Shown here in pieces: positions 13,101 to 24,439 of a stretch of DNA of 64,000 nt. Under the pieces are notes generated by a model that saw nothing but the letters and a program-made list of their open reading frames with translations, made no database searches and was not told where the DNA came from. Origin of the DNA: Fistulifera solaris (taxonomy: Eukaryota); NCBI GenBank assembly GCA_030295235.1, contig AP026126.1:1116001-1180000 (forward strand), given 5' to 3'. Within the stretch, counting starts at the first letter, position 1. Every line of letters begins with the position of its first letter. Position numbers and translations under genes: made by a program.

Positions 13101-14115
13101 GGTCACAACTGGACTCGGCGTAATAAACAGCTTGAAGAAATATATATGAATAATGTGGTACAATAATCTTTGATATACCTTTCAACACACACCTCTAGAC
13201 GCCGTACATTGACCAGATCGTGCATTCGCCTGTCCCTTAAGTAAGTCCCCACCGCCGTATTGTGACACGCTTTTAGTCTCGGCATATGTTTTGACTATTC
13301 AAAGTGCAACCATGCATAGTAGCATTAAGAATGCAAGCCTCGATACTTTGCGATTTGCGCTGAAAATTTTTGCGAATCATCATCGTCATCGTCCCTATCA
13401 TTTACATTTACATTTCACGTTAGTTTTCCTCACGACTGCATTTCAGTCATTAATCATAATTATTCTATCCATTCGTCGTTCTGCTAGCTTTATATACCCC
13501 ATTTGTCAATTAGGTGATGCTTACTACCTTAAAATGCACTTTCAATATTACTTCTTGATGATTTAACTCGGTAAAGTCGTTATGCGGGGCGTTTGATTGT
13601 CCATTGAATGTGTGGTATTCCGAAAGAGTGCTACATTTCAGTCATGAATCATGATTGCGTCCCGAACAGGACTGCAATCTACCTGGTACGAATGTTCGTT
13701 ATGCTAACTTGGTTAGCAACATTTATCTTTTTGTGAGGCTAGTTAGCAAGAGCATTTTCAATGCTTTTCTCGAATATTTTTGTCGGAACCTTTGCGGAGC
13801 GTTTTACCATGCACTCCTGCGTAGAAGGTTTTGTAAGTGATGGGGAGAGGAGTGACGACTCACTGGTCTTTGAGATTTGAGAGAACAACTCTGCAGTCCC
13901 GTCATTCGAAGCTTAATTATTACTCCGTATTGAACATCGAAACATTTTGCATGCTGCAGCACATTTTATTACCTCTTAACTGGTACTACTGAAAATCGCT
14001 CTATTGTTGCAATCAACGATGTACATTAGGCGCAACAACTGACAATCAATCGAATTCACTATCGGGAGCGAATCAATATTCGTGAAAAATCATCGGTAGG
14101 ACAAAAATCAGCGAC

Positions 14116-14934
14116 ATGAATTGCAAAGAACATTATTTACCTGAGCTCGAATTGTCGACTGCGCAAGTCCGATCTGCTTTGCAATGTATTCTTCATACAA
14201 TACTGTTGTAAGTGAAAGCACTGGTTCGCAAGAACTTTCATCACATCATCATTCTTACCCTTCTACAGCCTGCGTTCTCCAGGGCCTGTCACGCCGAAGG
14301 ACGTTGAATGCGAAGACTTCAACTTGACGTATGCCCGAATTGCCAACAATCATCAAAATCAACCCCCAAACAAGGCCATGGGTAACATAGTACATTCACT
14401 AGAAAATGACATTGACCAGAAAGTAGACGATGCGATTGAGTCGTTTCTTCGAACGCTTTCACAAATTGGTCCTGAGCTACTCAGTGGTTGTTTAACGGTT
14501 AGTTTCTTTGAGCGTCGGGCAACAAGACAATTGTTTGGTCTCGTTTCACATGAGGAGCGCGTGGTGTTCGAGCAATGGGTGATGCGAGTAGTTGTCAATA
14601 ATACGCCTCGACCAATAAGCAACGACTCAGCGGCCCTTATGGAAAGACAACGTATACAGGTACGTCAATCGTCGAAGTCTAAGAGCGGTTCCGGTGCTAT
14701 TTTTTGTATGCACACAATGTATCACTGATTGATTCTATGGTCTTTCAGGATACGGCGGAAGGAATGCTCCGATCCGTATTGAGTAAAATTTTTGAAATCA
14801 CGGGCGGGCCAATTGATCATCTTCCCCCAGTCATGTACGAGTTCGATATTAGTTGTTCAAAAAGAGCCGATGATCGAGAAAATGTCTATTCTAGGGTCGC
14901 AAACATGCCCCCAATACTTAATCTCACTACTTAG
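14116..14934 (+). CDS. ATG101: Autophagy-related protein 101; introns ~14208-14268 and 14660-14748
   Basis: ALQCILHTIL.LR, DVECEDFNLTYAR, VSFFERR, VFEQW and DHLPP match the ATG101 HORMA pattern. Confidence 0.85.
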
Positions 14935-15003
14935 ACACATCCGCACGATTCAAAAACTACGATGATTTTTTCTTTTATGAAATGTAGAGCTCTATTGTAC
15001 CTG

Positions 15004-18000
15004 TCAATAGGCTGCCTGGTAAATGCGTTTCTTCCTAAGCTTTGATGGGTACCTGCGGAAGTCTTTCAACGTCTTGTCAGTGTAGTACTCATCGTCATGA
15101 TCGGTAATCACGTGGTACGTTCCATCCTCCATCACCGCCACAATTTCGCAAAGCATGTATTCATTGTCGATCAAGACGTCCAGTTTTTCACCCAGTTGAT
15201 ACGGCACGAAAGGCAAGATTTCATACGTGTCATTCCAGTTATCGTCGCCGTCGGGGTAGGAAATGTGGTAGTTACCATGTGCTGTCACGTGTGTGATAGT
15301 CCCCATATACCTGTAATTGTCGATGAAGCCATCAACAAGGTCACCTTCTTGTAACCAAGCTCCCTGGAAAGGCTCTTTTCCTTGAACCGCGCTAAACGGA
15401 AACCGTCGAGTGATCCAACGAGTGGGAGCTTCAAACGAGCTGATCGGCGGAAGTGAGAAAGTTCGTGGGAAAATAAAGGCCGAGGCATCCGAAACGAAGT
15501 CCATTTGCTGACGTATCTGACTACTTTGTTTCGGTCTCGATTTTATTCCAGTCATCAGTTTTTCTCCAATATCCTCCAAGAACGGAATCATATCAACTGA
15601 TGACATGGAGTAATCCCTGTAAATACCGTACAAAAGGTCCGAAATCAAGAAGCGAATCTCTTTTGACAGATACTCAACAACCTTGCTTGACTTCATTGCG
15701 AGCTTGCTTTTAACGTAGAAAGTGACAGCGTCAGTATCCAATAAGTACCACGCTCCATAGGGAGCTTGATATAAGAACCGCGACCCTGACATGGCCATTT
15801 GTCCCATGACGTACTCAGCGGCAGCTTCTTGAAACTCAAAAGGATAGTCGGTAAAGACTTCAGCAGCTTCAGGCAAAAGATCAAGGAATTTCCGGTTCCC
15901 AGGGTGTCCTTCAATAAAGTCATTGTACATGTGAAGTTGTCTGCTTCCGTATCTCGTTTCGATTAGGACGTCGTACTTGGTTGGAAAAGTTGTGGGCAGA
16001 TCCTCCGACAAGCCATAAAGCGGAACAATACTGGCATATCGCCGCGAGGCCTTGATATCCTTTGCCCATCCAGTATTGTCAACGTAGTACCTAGCACCTT
16101 CGAACAAAAGGTAAGCGATGCTAGCAAGACTAGCACTACGGAACATCGCACCAAAAAAACTTTGGCTACGCGGTTGCGAGCGCGAAAAGACACTTGCGAG
16201 TAAAGGAAGCACAGCGAAGCAGCAACACATTTTGAAAAGGAATTCTTTGCAGAGCAAAAAAGTGCGGATAAGATATTCGTGCCAGTTTTCTTCGTCTGAT
16301 ACTTCACCTTGGAGAAAGTACGGTAGGAATGGGAAGCCGCCTCGCTCCAAGAACGTATCGAGCTCATCGCGACGAAATCCGTTATCCTCATTCGCCATTC
16401 TCATCGACGACCCGGATATGTAGTCAATACCCCAAGCATCTTTAGAAACCTTATTGAATAAACCAAGTGCGCGTAATGTTGCGAATGGTTGATTCATCGC
16501 AGAATCGGCTGAATTACGGTATTGAAATGAAATTAGAGACTGAAACAAATAGAAAGCAACTTGAGACTGCTGGAACTTACCATGGGCCAAGTCGTGGAGG
16601 GTATGACCCCACATATCCCACCTCAGCGAAAAGGTAATGCCTTGCGACATTTGTCGTGACTCGGCTCTTTCTTCAGGCCTTGGGACGAAAGTGAGAATGA
16701 GCATTACGCGATCTAAAGCGTCGGGATCTGTGTGAGCGGAGCCTCGGTGGTAGCTGTTCATATTCATCAATAGCGCATCACCGGTAGCCCAGTAACCCTC
16801 TTCGTTCACCAATTGAAATCCTTCTTTCTCGCAGAATTTGTCCAAGAAACCATCACTGCAGTAGTGAGTTCCAGGGCAAACTCCTGTCGCACCCATGCCT
16901 TTTGTTGTGTTTTGTAGCTGAATAAAAACACTGTAACTTGGACCGAAGGTGCGCGCATAATTTATAGCCGAAGCCGTCGCGACGACATCGTCGTGCCAGT
17001 ACTGGGCAACCGCCCCGTATGAAGCGGTGATGGCGGTCATTTCAATCAGCGCTGTGGGGAAGGTCAGGTTAGCGTATGTGAATTAAAAAATCAACAGTCA
17101 ACACTTGAAGTGGCATGACTCACCCGGATTGGGACCGATGATTTTCTCGAGAGCCGGGCGCAACCGCTCGTGATTGCCAATCTCTTTCATCGCTTTGACT
17201 ACGGAAGGCTCTTCCGTACCTAGTCCAAATGAGAAACGGTTCGTGTTTTCAATGACGAAAATGCTTTCTTCCTCCGTCAGATTACGATTTCGTGCGGTGA
17301 TAAAGTTGCGAAGCTCCGTGGCTGTATCTTCCGCGAGCACGCTTCGGAAAACGGTGAATCCGTGACGAAGCTGATGTTGGTAGGCTTCTTCGGGGGTGGC
17401 ATCCAACGGAAGAAAGAGATTTTCACCACTTTTGGTGGTCATATCATCCGCCGTGCAAGGACGTTTGTAATAAGTTATTTCCACTTCGGATCTCTCCGGG
17501 GTAAAAACGACAGCCTCTAGCTGAGGCAAGAGGTATTCGTCGTAAACATGATGTCCCCACATGAAGAACGCGTATGTCATACAAAGCACGAGCAAAGGCA
17601 GGTCCAGAAACAAAATACGCCCAACAAGTCTCCATCGGCTGCCTTTCTTCGTCGCTGGGCTGTGTTTGACGGGAGTGTGAATATTCTCGACGGATGCCGA
17701 CACAATATCGGAGGGCGATTCCGACTTGTCTTCGTCGGACAGTTCTTCATGGCTCGCAGCAGGGCTCGAATGGAGCGCGGGCACCGTTATACGTAAAAGC
17801 TTATCGTCATCCTTATACTCATCAATACCTTTGAGAGCAGCTTGCATGACAGGTCCGTCAGGGTCAACATACGGACAAAGAAGAATATATTCGCGCAGAA
17901 TCTCAGCTTCCGTCATACCTTTTTGTTGACTCTTCTTCTCGAGTTTCGACCACACTCGAGTGGATACACGGAGCGCCGACCTCACAATCTCTCTATCAGA

Positions 18001-18045
18001 ATCCAACGAAGATTCCATCTTGTCTGAGAGAAAAATAGAAGTCAT
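15004..18045 (-). CDS. Membrane protein with a PhyH-type 2OG-Fe(II) dioxygenase domain, a DUF6824-like domain and two Tudor/Agenet-like repeats; introns 17123-17052 and probably 16580-16509
   Basis: QYWHDD (HxD), GATGVCPGTH, GDALLM...HRG and a distal R; DVL...GHPGNRKF...RFL...W; GDLVDG...GTITHV...YHISYPDGD; three hydrophobic helices. Confidence 0.8.
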
Positions 18046-18782
18046 TGTAAGGCGTTGAAAATCCTGATATTATTCAAAGCAGAGGGAAGCAGCGATGTCG
18101 TTTACCTTTCACCTATTCTGACGGAGCACTTTTTTTTTGATCTCTAGCGGTTCACAAATATGAATGAATTGAGGACTCCTCCCTTGTCAATTTGATTTTT
18201 TCACAACTGCTTGCTTGGACCAGACGGAGTGCCGGCGTGATGGTATTTACTTGTAGTTGTTCTTGGTTTTGTCTCGTGTCTCTTTCGGCACGAATGGAGC
18301 CGAGCAGCATGCCAGCGCGGAAAAGAGGAAGTTGGAGGCAGTTGAGGGTTGAAAACGCGAACCAATGACGGCGGAAAGGGAACACCGACCACAATAGTGA
18401 CAAGCAAAAGCGCGTGTCGTGCCATAGTACCTACGATACAAAGCCGTTAACCGTTAAAGCAATTATCTACCTTCACCGTATGTACATGAGACATGAGTAG
18501 CTAACTAAAGATGGTGGTGTGACACTCGTCACCCCATCCAAAATCCAAAACTCCCTGCCATCTTCAAACTGCGACGGTTCGTGCGGTGTCGCTTTTGTCG
18601 CATTACAAGCAAGAAGCAGAGAGAGAGAGAGAGTGAAGTGAATAAAGCCATCAAGCTTGGCAAGGCAAGAATCGCAATATCCTCGCAATGCTCAAAGATT
18701 GAGGGTGCAGTATCAAGTTGAAAGATTACTGCAAACACTTTGGAACCAATTGAATTTTATTGATTTTACGTGTGTCAACACA

Positions 18783-19136
18783 ATGAACCAAGGAGATAAC
18801 CTTCCGGAACCCAGCGTAGATATGTTTTACTCGCTGTATTCTTGGTTCAGTATTTTTGTTCTGCACGCTTTGCTTCACTTATGGATGGCTGGCAAATGCA
18901 AACAACAAAATCAATATGAAATGACGACGAATGAGATTGCCGACACGGGAATCTCTATGGCGAAGCAAAAAGTCTTTGATTCGTTCTCGGAAAGAGATTT
19001 GCACCAATCGTCCTCATCTTTGGATGGCGACGAGCCCTCTATTTTCTACGAGCTTCTGGCGCAAACTGGATCCGAAATGACAACGGTACGACAAAAAGCT
19101 GTCATGACTACAAGATCAACGTCTCTCAGTTCCTAA
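18783..19136 (+). CDS. Small hypothetical protein with one hydrophobic helix
   Basis: ATG-initiated 117-aa ORF containing the segment YSLYSWFSIFVLHALLHLWM; no homology recognised. Confidence 0.4.
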   Translation: MNQGDNLPEPSVDMFYSLYSWFSIFVLHALLHLWMAGKCKQQNQYEMTTNEIADTGISMAKQKVFDSFSERDLHQSSSSLDGDEPSIFYELLAQTGSEMTTVRQKAVMTTRSTSLSS

Positions 19137-19792
19137 CCTTTGGTATACCTTGTCGCAGACCTATTCCCGCGAGAATCTTGTTCGGGAGCAGCTTCAGATG
19201 GTACACTGAAAGCCTTTAATAGAGATCCAAAAGCGAAAAGAGCGGCGTATTTTTCGCACGAACGCGATCATGTTCAGACATTTCGCACCGTGACTCGTGA
19301 CCCCAGCTAGCATGAACTATCAACGACAATCTACGCATGATGAAACTGACGAAGAATGAATCTTCGTCAAATACTTGTTTATCAGGGTATCGGACAAATA
19401 ATGATAATCCAGTCGAAAACTCCCAAACTGTATCGATTGACAATAAGAGTACAGCTTATATCGATAATGTATGTATTTTTACTATTTTCTCTCGCTGAAC
19501 TTGTAATCCGGTAGAGACCAAGGGAAGGTACAACGAAATGGCGCGTACTACAAGTAGATGACCAATCTAGAGTCTTAGGCCTTAGACTGATGCCACACAT
19601 CGTGTCTCTCATGACTGAAATCCAGTCATGTCAAAAATGAGACTTCTTTATGGGACTCTGGAACGGTCTGTTCTCGTACGTAGTACGTGATCGCGTCTTG
19701 TTTTCCTCCATGTCCATCGAAACAAACAAATACAAAACTGATTTGATGCCAAGAATGATGTTTAAGAATAATCAAGGATCAACAGATATACA

Positions 19793-21326
19793 ATGAACGA
19801 TTCTACGAACGAAGTCTCAGAAGACAACTTTAATGGTCGTAATGAGAATGATGATCTTCCGGACCCTTTACTGACGCTGCCTTTCAACACTCTGCAAGTC
19901 GGCGAACATTTCCTCCTGCATTTCAGTGACGGGCGACAAGTGTTCGGCCAGTGTTTGACAAAAGTAAAAGGCATGACACCTACTGTGAAGATAAATAAGA
20001 GATCTTATCCGACCTACAATTTGATTGGTCTTCCGTACGGAACGGTGTTGGAAGTTGAAAGAAATTTTCTTCTTCCTTTGCCAGCTGATGAAGACTTAAT
20101 TCCGTCGCATCCACTTGCTGCGACGAAAGTAGATGAAGAGATCTCCAACGAGAGCGACACCGGGACAGCTGCAGCTCGCGAACGCGACAACCGTCACATA
20201 GTCGATACGAATACCTCGCAAGCCTTAGATCAGAAGGAACTGGTCGAATTGAGAAACTCTTGCACAGAAGGCGCCAAAATCGTTGAGAAAATTATTGAGA
20301 ATTCATCGACCTTTGCCCAAAAAACAGACTATAGTCGTGCAAAATATGTGGTGAGAAAACAACAGAAGTATCAGCCCCGCTGTCGGCTAGTAAGATGTAC
20401 AGGGCCGACTATTTGCGAAGCTATGTTTCTTAAGGATGCCAAGAGAATAATGAATCTGCGTGACGACACACTTGGGCAGATTCTCAGCTATGGGAATGTT
20501 AGTGCAGGATGTCAGGTTCTGATTTGGGAAACCTGTTATGGTATTATAACTGGAACATTAGCTCAGCGCATGGGAGGTTATGGGCAGATTCTATCGGTCT
20601 ACACCGGTCAGCAGCATTCGTTCAACGAAATTCTCAGCAAATTCAATCTTTCCTTCCCCGAATCTTCTTCAATCAGCTGGGTTCATAGCGGCGACATCTA
20701 CAGCAACACTGGTGAGAACGATGATGAAGATGAAGTGGACGTTGAGAAGAAAGAACGAGAGGTAATCCAATGGCCTTGCCCACTTCAGAACCATACACGC
20801 AAATACATTGAAACTTTTCCGTCACGAGCAAAGCAAGAGCACTTTTTGATGAAACGAGCAGCCCGATTTGCGAGAAAATTGACCCGAAGAACCCCTCTAG
20901 AAGCGCGCAATCTGGTTTTGTCTCGAAAAAGTGACTGCGTCGTCGTTGCGGTGCGTTATGACGCAACCGAAACTCTCCTTGCTCTGTTGCCACATTTGGC
21001 ACCGTCTTGCCCATTTGTGGTCTATTGCGAATTCATTGAGCCCTTGACTTTATGTTTTCTTGAACTACAGCGCAATAATCTTGCTGTCAATTTAAGGTTA
21101 AGCGACACGTGGGCACGGGAGTATCAGATTCTACCTGGGCGGACACACCCGAACATGACTATGAGACAATCAGGGGGCTTTTTTGCTAACGGGGATCAAA
21201 TTAGACCCCGTGTTTGGAATCAATGAATTGGACGAAGATCTACTCAAGGAGATTCGACAGCAGATGGGAGGCCGTAGGGGGAAGCGACCGAGAACACCAA
21301 ACGAAGACGAGAGTAACAAAAGATGA
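19793..21326 (+). CDS. TRM6: tRNA (adenine-58-N1)-methyltransferase non-catalytic subunit; extra T in the run at 21179-21184
   Basis: LIGLPYG, RDNRHIVD, IIENSSTFAQKTDYSRAKYVVRKQQKY, LRDDTLGQIL and REYQILPGRTHP motifs. The shifted frame restores GGFLLTGIKL and ends at TGA 21326. Confidence 0.92.
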
Positions 21327-21346
21327 AAAGTCTCGCGTAAAACGTG

Positions 21347-23327
21347 TTATAGCGTTCCGATTTCCTCATTTAATGAAATGATGCGTCTGCAGGTTTCTCT
21401 GGCTGTTATCTCAACGTCTGTTAAAGTGACATATTTACTGACATCAAATACAATGTATATTTCATAGTGGCCATTTCGTGTCTTGTCTTTTTGCGCATAC
21501 ACCCATCCCTGCGGCATAAATTTGCACATCTCGAACGGTAAGCTTTCATCGGAAGCCTTATTGACGTCTGCCAGAGCATCTTCAAGACAAAGGATTATAT
21601 CCGGAGGTAAGGTGGAAGCCAATACATGACGACAATCAAATTGATCGAATCCACGCCTAGATAGGTCATGGTACTCGAATTGAGGCTTCGGTGGTGTTGC
21701 AACACCTGGGGAATGGTTATATCTTTCAGATTTAGCAAGAAGCTGCCTGGAAGGATTTGAAAACAAGATCACATTGCCTTGCGCTCGGTCGATAAAAAAT
21801 ACATCCGCTCCTTCCCGTCCGAATGTTTCCCTACGCCCAGACATATTGTTTGTTGAAAGACCATCAGAAGGAAAGGGATACAATGCGTCGGACAGAATAG
21901 ACTGAAAATTTCGAAAGAGATGCACTGAGTGGTCAGTTGTTTGCCTGATCCCCTGTTTCCAAAAAAATAAGGAAGGATAAATCCCCGCAGCAGTACATCG
22001 AGGCGTAGGCATCCACAGCTTCGATAGATTTATCGATGGATTGACAGTCAAAAAAAACTGGGAGGCCCCATACCACAGCGTCCTCTGAGGGTCCTTTGAA
22101 ACCGTCGGCTTTGTCAAGTGTACTAAGCAGGGCTAGTGGTGGAGGAGGAAGATAACATCGACCATCTCGAGAGGCTGTCACCGGTGCTAGTTGCATAGAA
22201 TCTTCTAATCTCTTACCCAATGATAACATCAATTGCGTCAAAGCTCCGGTTTTTCGACTGGGAGTAGATGAACGGCTATTTGGCTGACTGACTCTCTGGA
22301 GCGATAACAATTGAAAGCGTATGTGCTGCATATAGTCCCAAGTACAATAGACAGTGTCTTGTGATATTTTGCTCTTCATCATATCGTTTTGGAACATGAT
22401 TTTCCCTTCAAACATACAAGCCACGTGTAGAATGTAAGCCGAATCCTTGTTTTGACCTTTCAGAAAAGTAGCAATGGCATCTTGCACTTGAGAAGCATGC
22501 TCCAGTGGTTTACGCAAAGGAAGCGAGAAGCCAGTGTGTGCCTCATCCATTCTGTAAGCCGGAGCAGGAATTTCTTCCGTAAAGCTACAAAACATGTTCG
22601 GTACGCTAGCTTGTTGATTGAGTTGACCGACGTATGCATCGTAGTGAATTCTCAAATCTCGTCGTAGAGGGGTGGTTGGGAGTTTTTCGTAAAGATTGTC
22701 AATGCGGTCGGTGAACTCCGAAATCCAACGGTCATCATTATCAAAAGAAGATCGCCGTTGTCGACTCTCCTCGTGCGATATCTCTTTCCACAGGCGATAG
22801 ACTGGCTCCAATCGGGCGTAGATCAATTCTTCTTCGTTGGGCTCGTGAATGGAGCACAACCTCCGATGAATACCACCACCACGGAGCAAACAAAAGAGAC
22901 CATGCGAACGCGTAAGAGATGCCCTAACAGCCGAAGGTTTAAGTGATTGACGAGCCTGAACAATCGCAACGACTGACTGCGGTTCTATCCGAACAAAAAT
23001 GAGAACAGAGTCTCCTACGTAAACTTCTTTGGTAGCGTCTGTTTCATAGGAAGATGATGACGCGGATGGAGCAAAGGAATTGGGAAACTGATAGAGTGCC
23101 TTGCAAAGCCCATTAAAGGTTATAGCTTCTCTCGTTTTCTCGATGGGACTAGAGGCGGTCCACTGATTAAGTGACGATGATCCATTATAGTAATACAAAA
23201 TTTCTTCGCGGAGTGTTTCTTCCGAAGCACCATCGCTCAAAGATTCCCCAGTAGAAAGCTCCGCTAGCTGCCAGTGAGAAATGAGTAGTTTTTGAATCGG
23301 CAGAATAGTATATCTGTCGTGATCCAT
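21347..23327 (-). CDS. CCZ1/INTU-like tri-longin protein (Mon1-Ccz1 Rab7 GEF subunit-like); frameshift in the A-run at ~21961
   Basis: N-terminal EEILYY...GLCKALYQF..SF and C-terminal GWVYAQK...EIYIVF...TLTDVE resemble CCZ1 longin domains 1 and 3. Confidence 0.6.
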
Positions 23328-23554
23328 ATTGTGTTTGTCGCACCCTCAGATTCTTGAATGTTTCAGGCACATTCTAGAGATTATAAAGAGTCGCTGATTT
23401 GCTCACTGATAGCTTCCTTCTGCCACTAGAATTAAGCAGAATCTATTTTAGCGTCAACTAGCGTGCATGAGAAGAGAATGATAGATACAATTTACTAATA
23501 AAAACTACTTCACGTCGATGATGTTGTACCTCATTGTTCCGATTATCAATAAGA

Positions 23555-23741
23555 CCAGAAAATCTGGGAGTGTGGTGCTTTCACGTCCCCAGAAAATCTG
23601 GGAGAGTGGGAGAGTGCTGTTGTCACTTCCCCAGAAAATCTGGGTGTGTGTATTATCCTACATCCCCAGAAAATCTGAGAGTGGGTTAATTTCAATTACC
23701 CAGAAAATCTGGGTGTGTAGCATATTCAAGGCCCAGACATC
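23555..23741. repeat. Array of a palindromic CCAGAAAATCTGGG repeat with ~20-nt variable spacers (5 copies plus 1 degenerate)
   Basis: Copies start at 23555, 23589, 23631, 23666 (CCAGAAAATCTGAG) and 23700, with a partial copy at 23733. Periods are 34, 42, 35, 34 and 33. Confidence 0.9.
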
Positions 23742-24107
23742 CTCGAGCGTGGTATTCGCAAACATCTTTCTTATCATTAATAATAAAGATCTTTCGTATA
23801 GCGAAGCATGAAGCAATCCATTATCGATGCAAAAGCATAGAAAAGAAAAAATTGTCCGGAATCGAACGTCTACGTGGTTGGTTACGTAGACGCTCGTAAG
23901 GAAATTTATCGACAGATTTTACCAAACCACTTTTGGGGTTTGCGTTGCGCCAATCATCGCTCGTCGTATGTGCAAGATAGCTCATTCGTATCGAAAGAAA
24001 AAACAGTAAGCGATGACTGAATTTGAAATTATACGAGACGAGGAAGAATACATAGTTTCGAATGTCTCCTGGTACGTGGTTTGCACGTTACCCAGTGTGA
24101 GTGCGGT

Positions 24108-24160
24108 CCGGTACCGTACCGGTACCGTACCGTACCTCGTACCTGGTACGGTACCGGTAC
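24108..24160. repeat. GTAC-rich palindromic simple repeat (GGTACC/CGTACC units)
   Basis: Nine GTAC in ~50 bp. Similar clusters lie at 4970-4999, 42536-42577 and 52897-52930. Confidence 0.85.
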
Positions 24161-24439
24161 TTCCACGTGTACGAGCCAGTAGAATCTCGCAACGATGTTT
24201 CGCTCGTCTTGCTTTGAAGCCGCACGATGGTGCAATTGTGACTAAAACCAGCGTTGAAAGTAAATAATCAGAGAAGAATCTTGCCTTATCGAAACAGGCA
24301 AACGTATCATATCTCAACTGCGCTGGCTGCTCTTTTCTACAACAAAGCCATCGTATCACTACCGCATCAATTATCGCGCTTCTTTTCGCGCGTTCTTTCT
24401 TTGGTCATTAGCCGTTCTTATTATTAAGCGATAGCAGCC

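Noticed and set aside
23555..23741. Bona fide CRISPR array
   Set aside because: The repeat (14-15 bp) and spacers (~20 nt) are too short. Spacer starts are related to one another (AGTG/TGTG), no cas genes are present, and the context is intron-containing eukaryotic DNA.
23518..24359. ORFs with PQKIW and RYRTGTVP repeats
   Set aside because: These are translations of the palindromic array and the GTAC cluster; there is no independent coding evidence.
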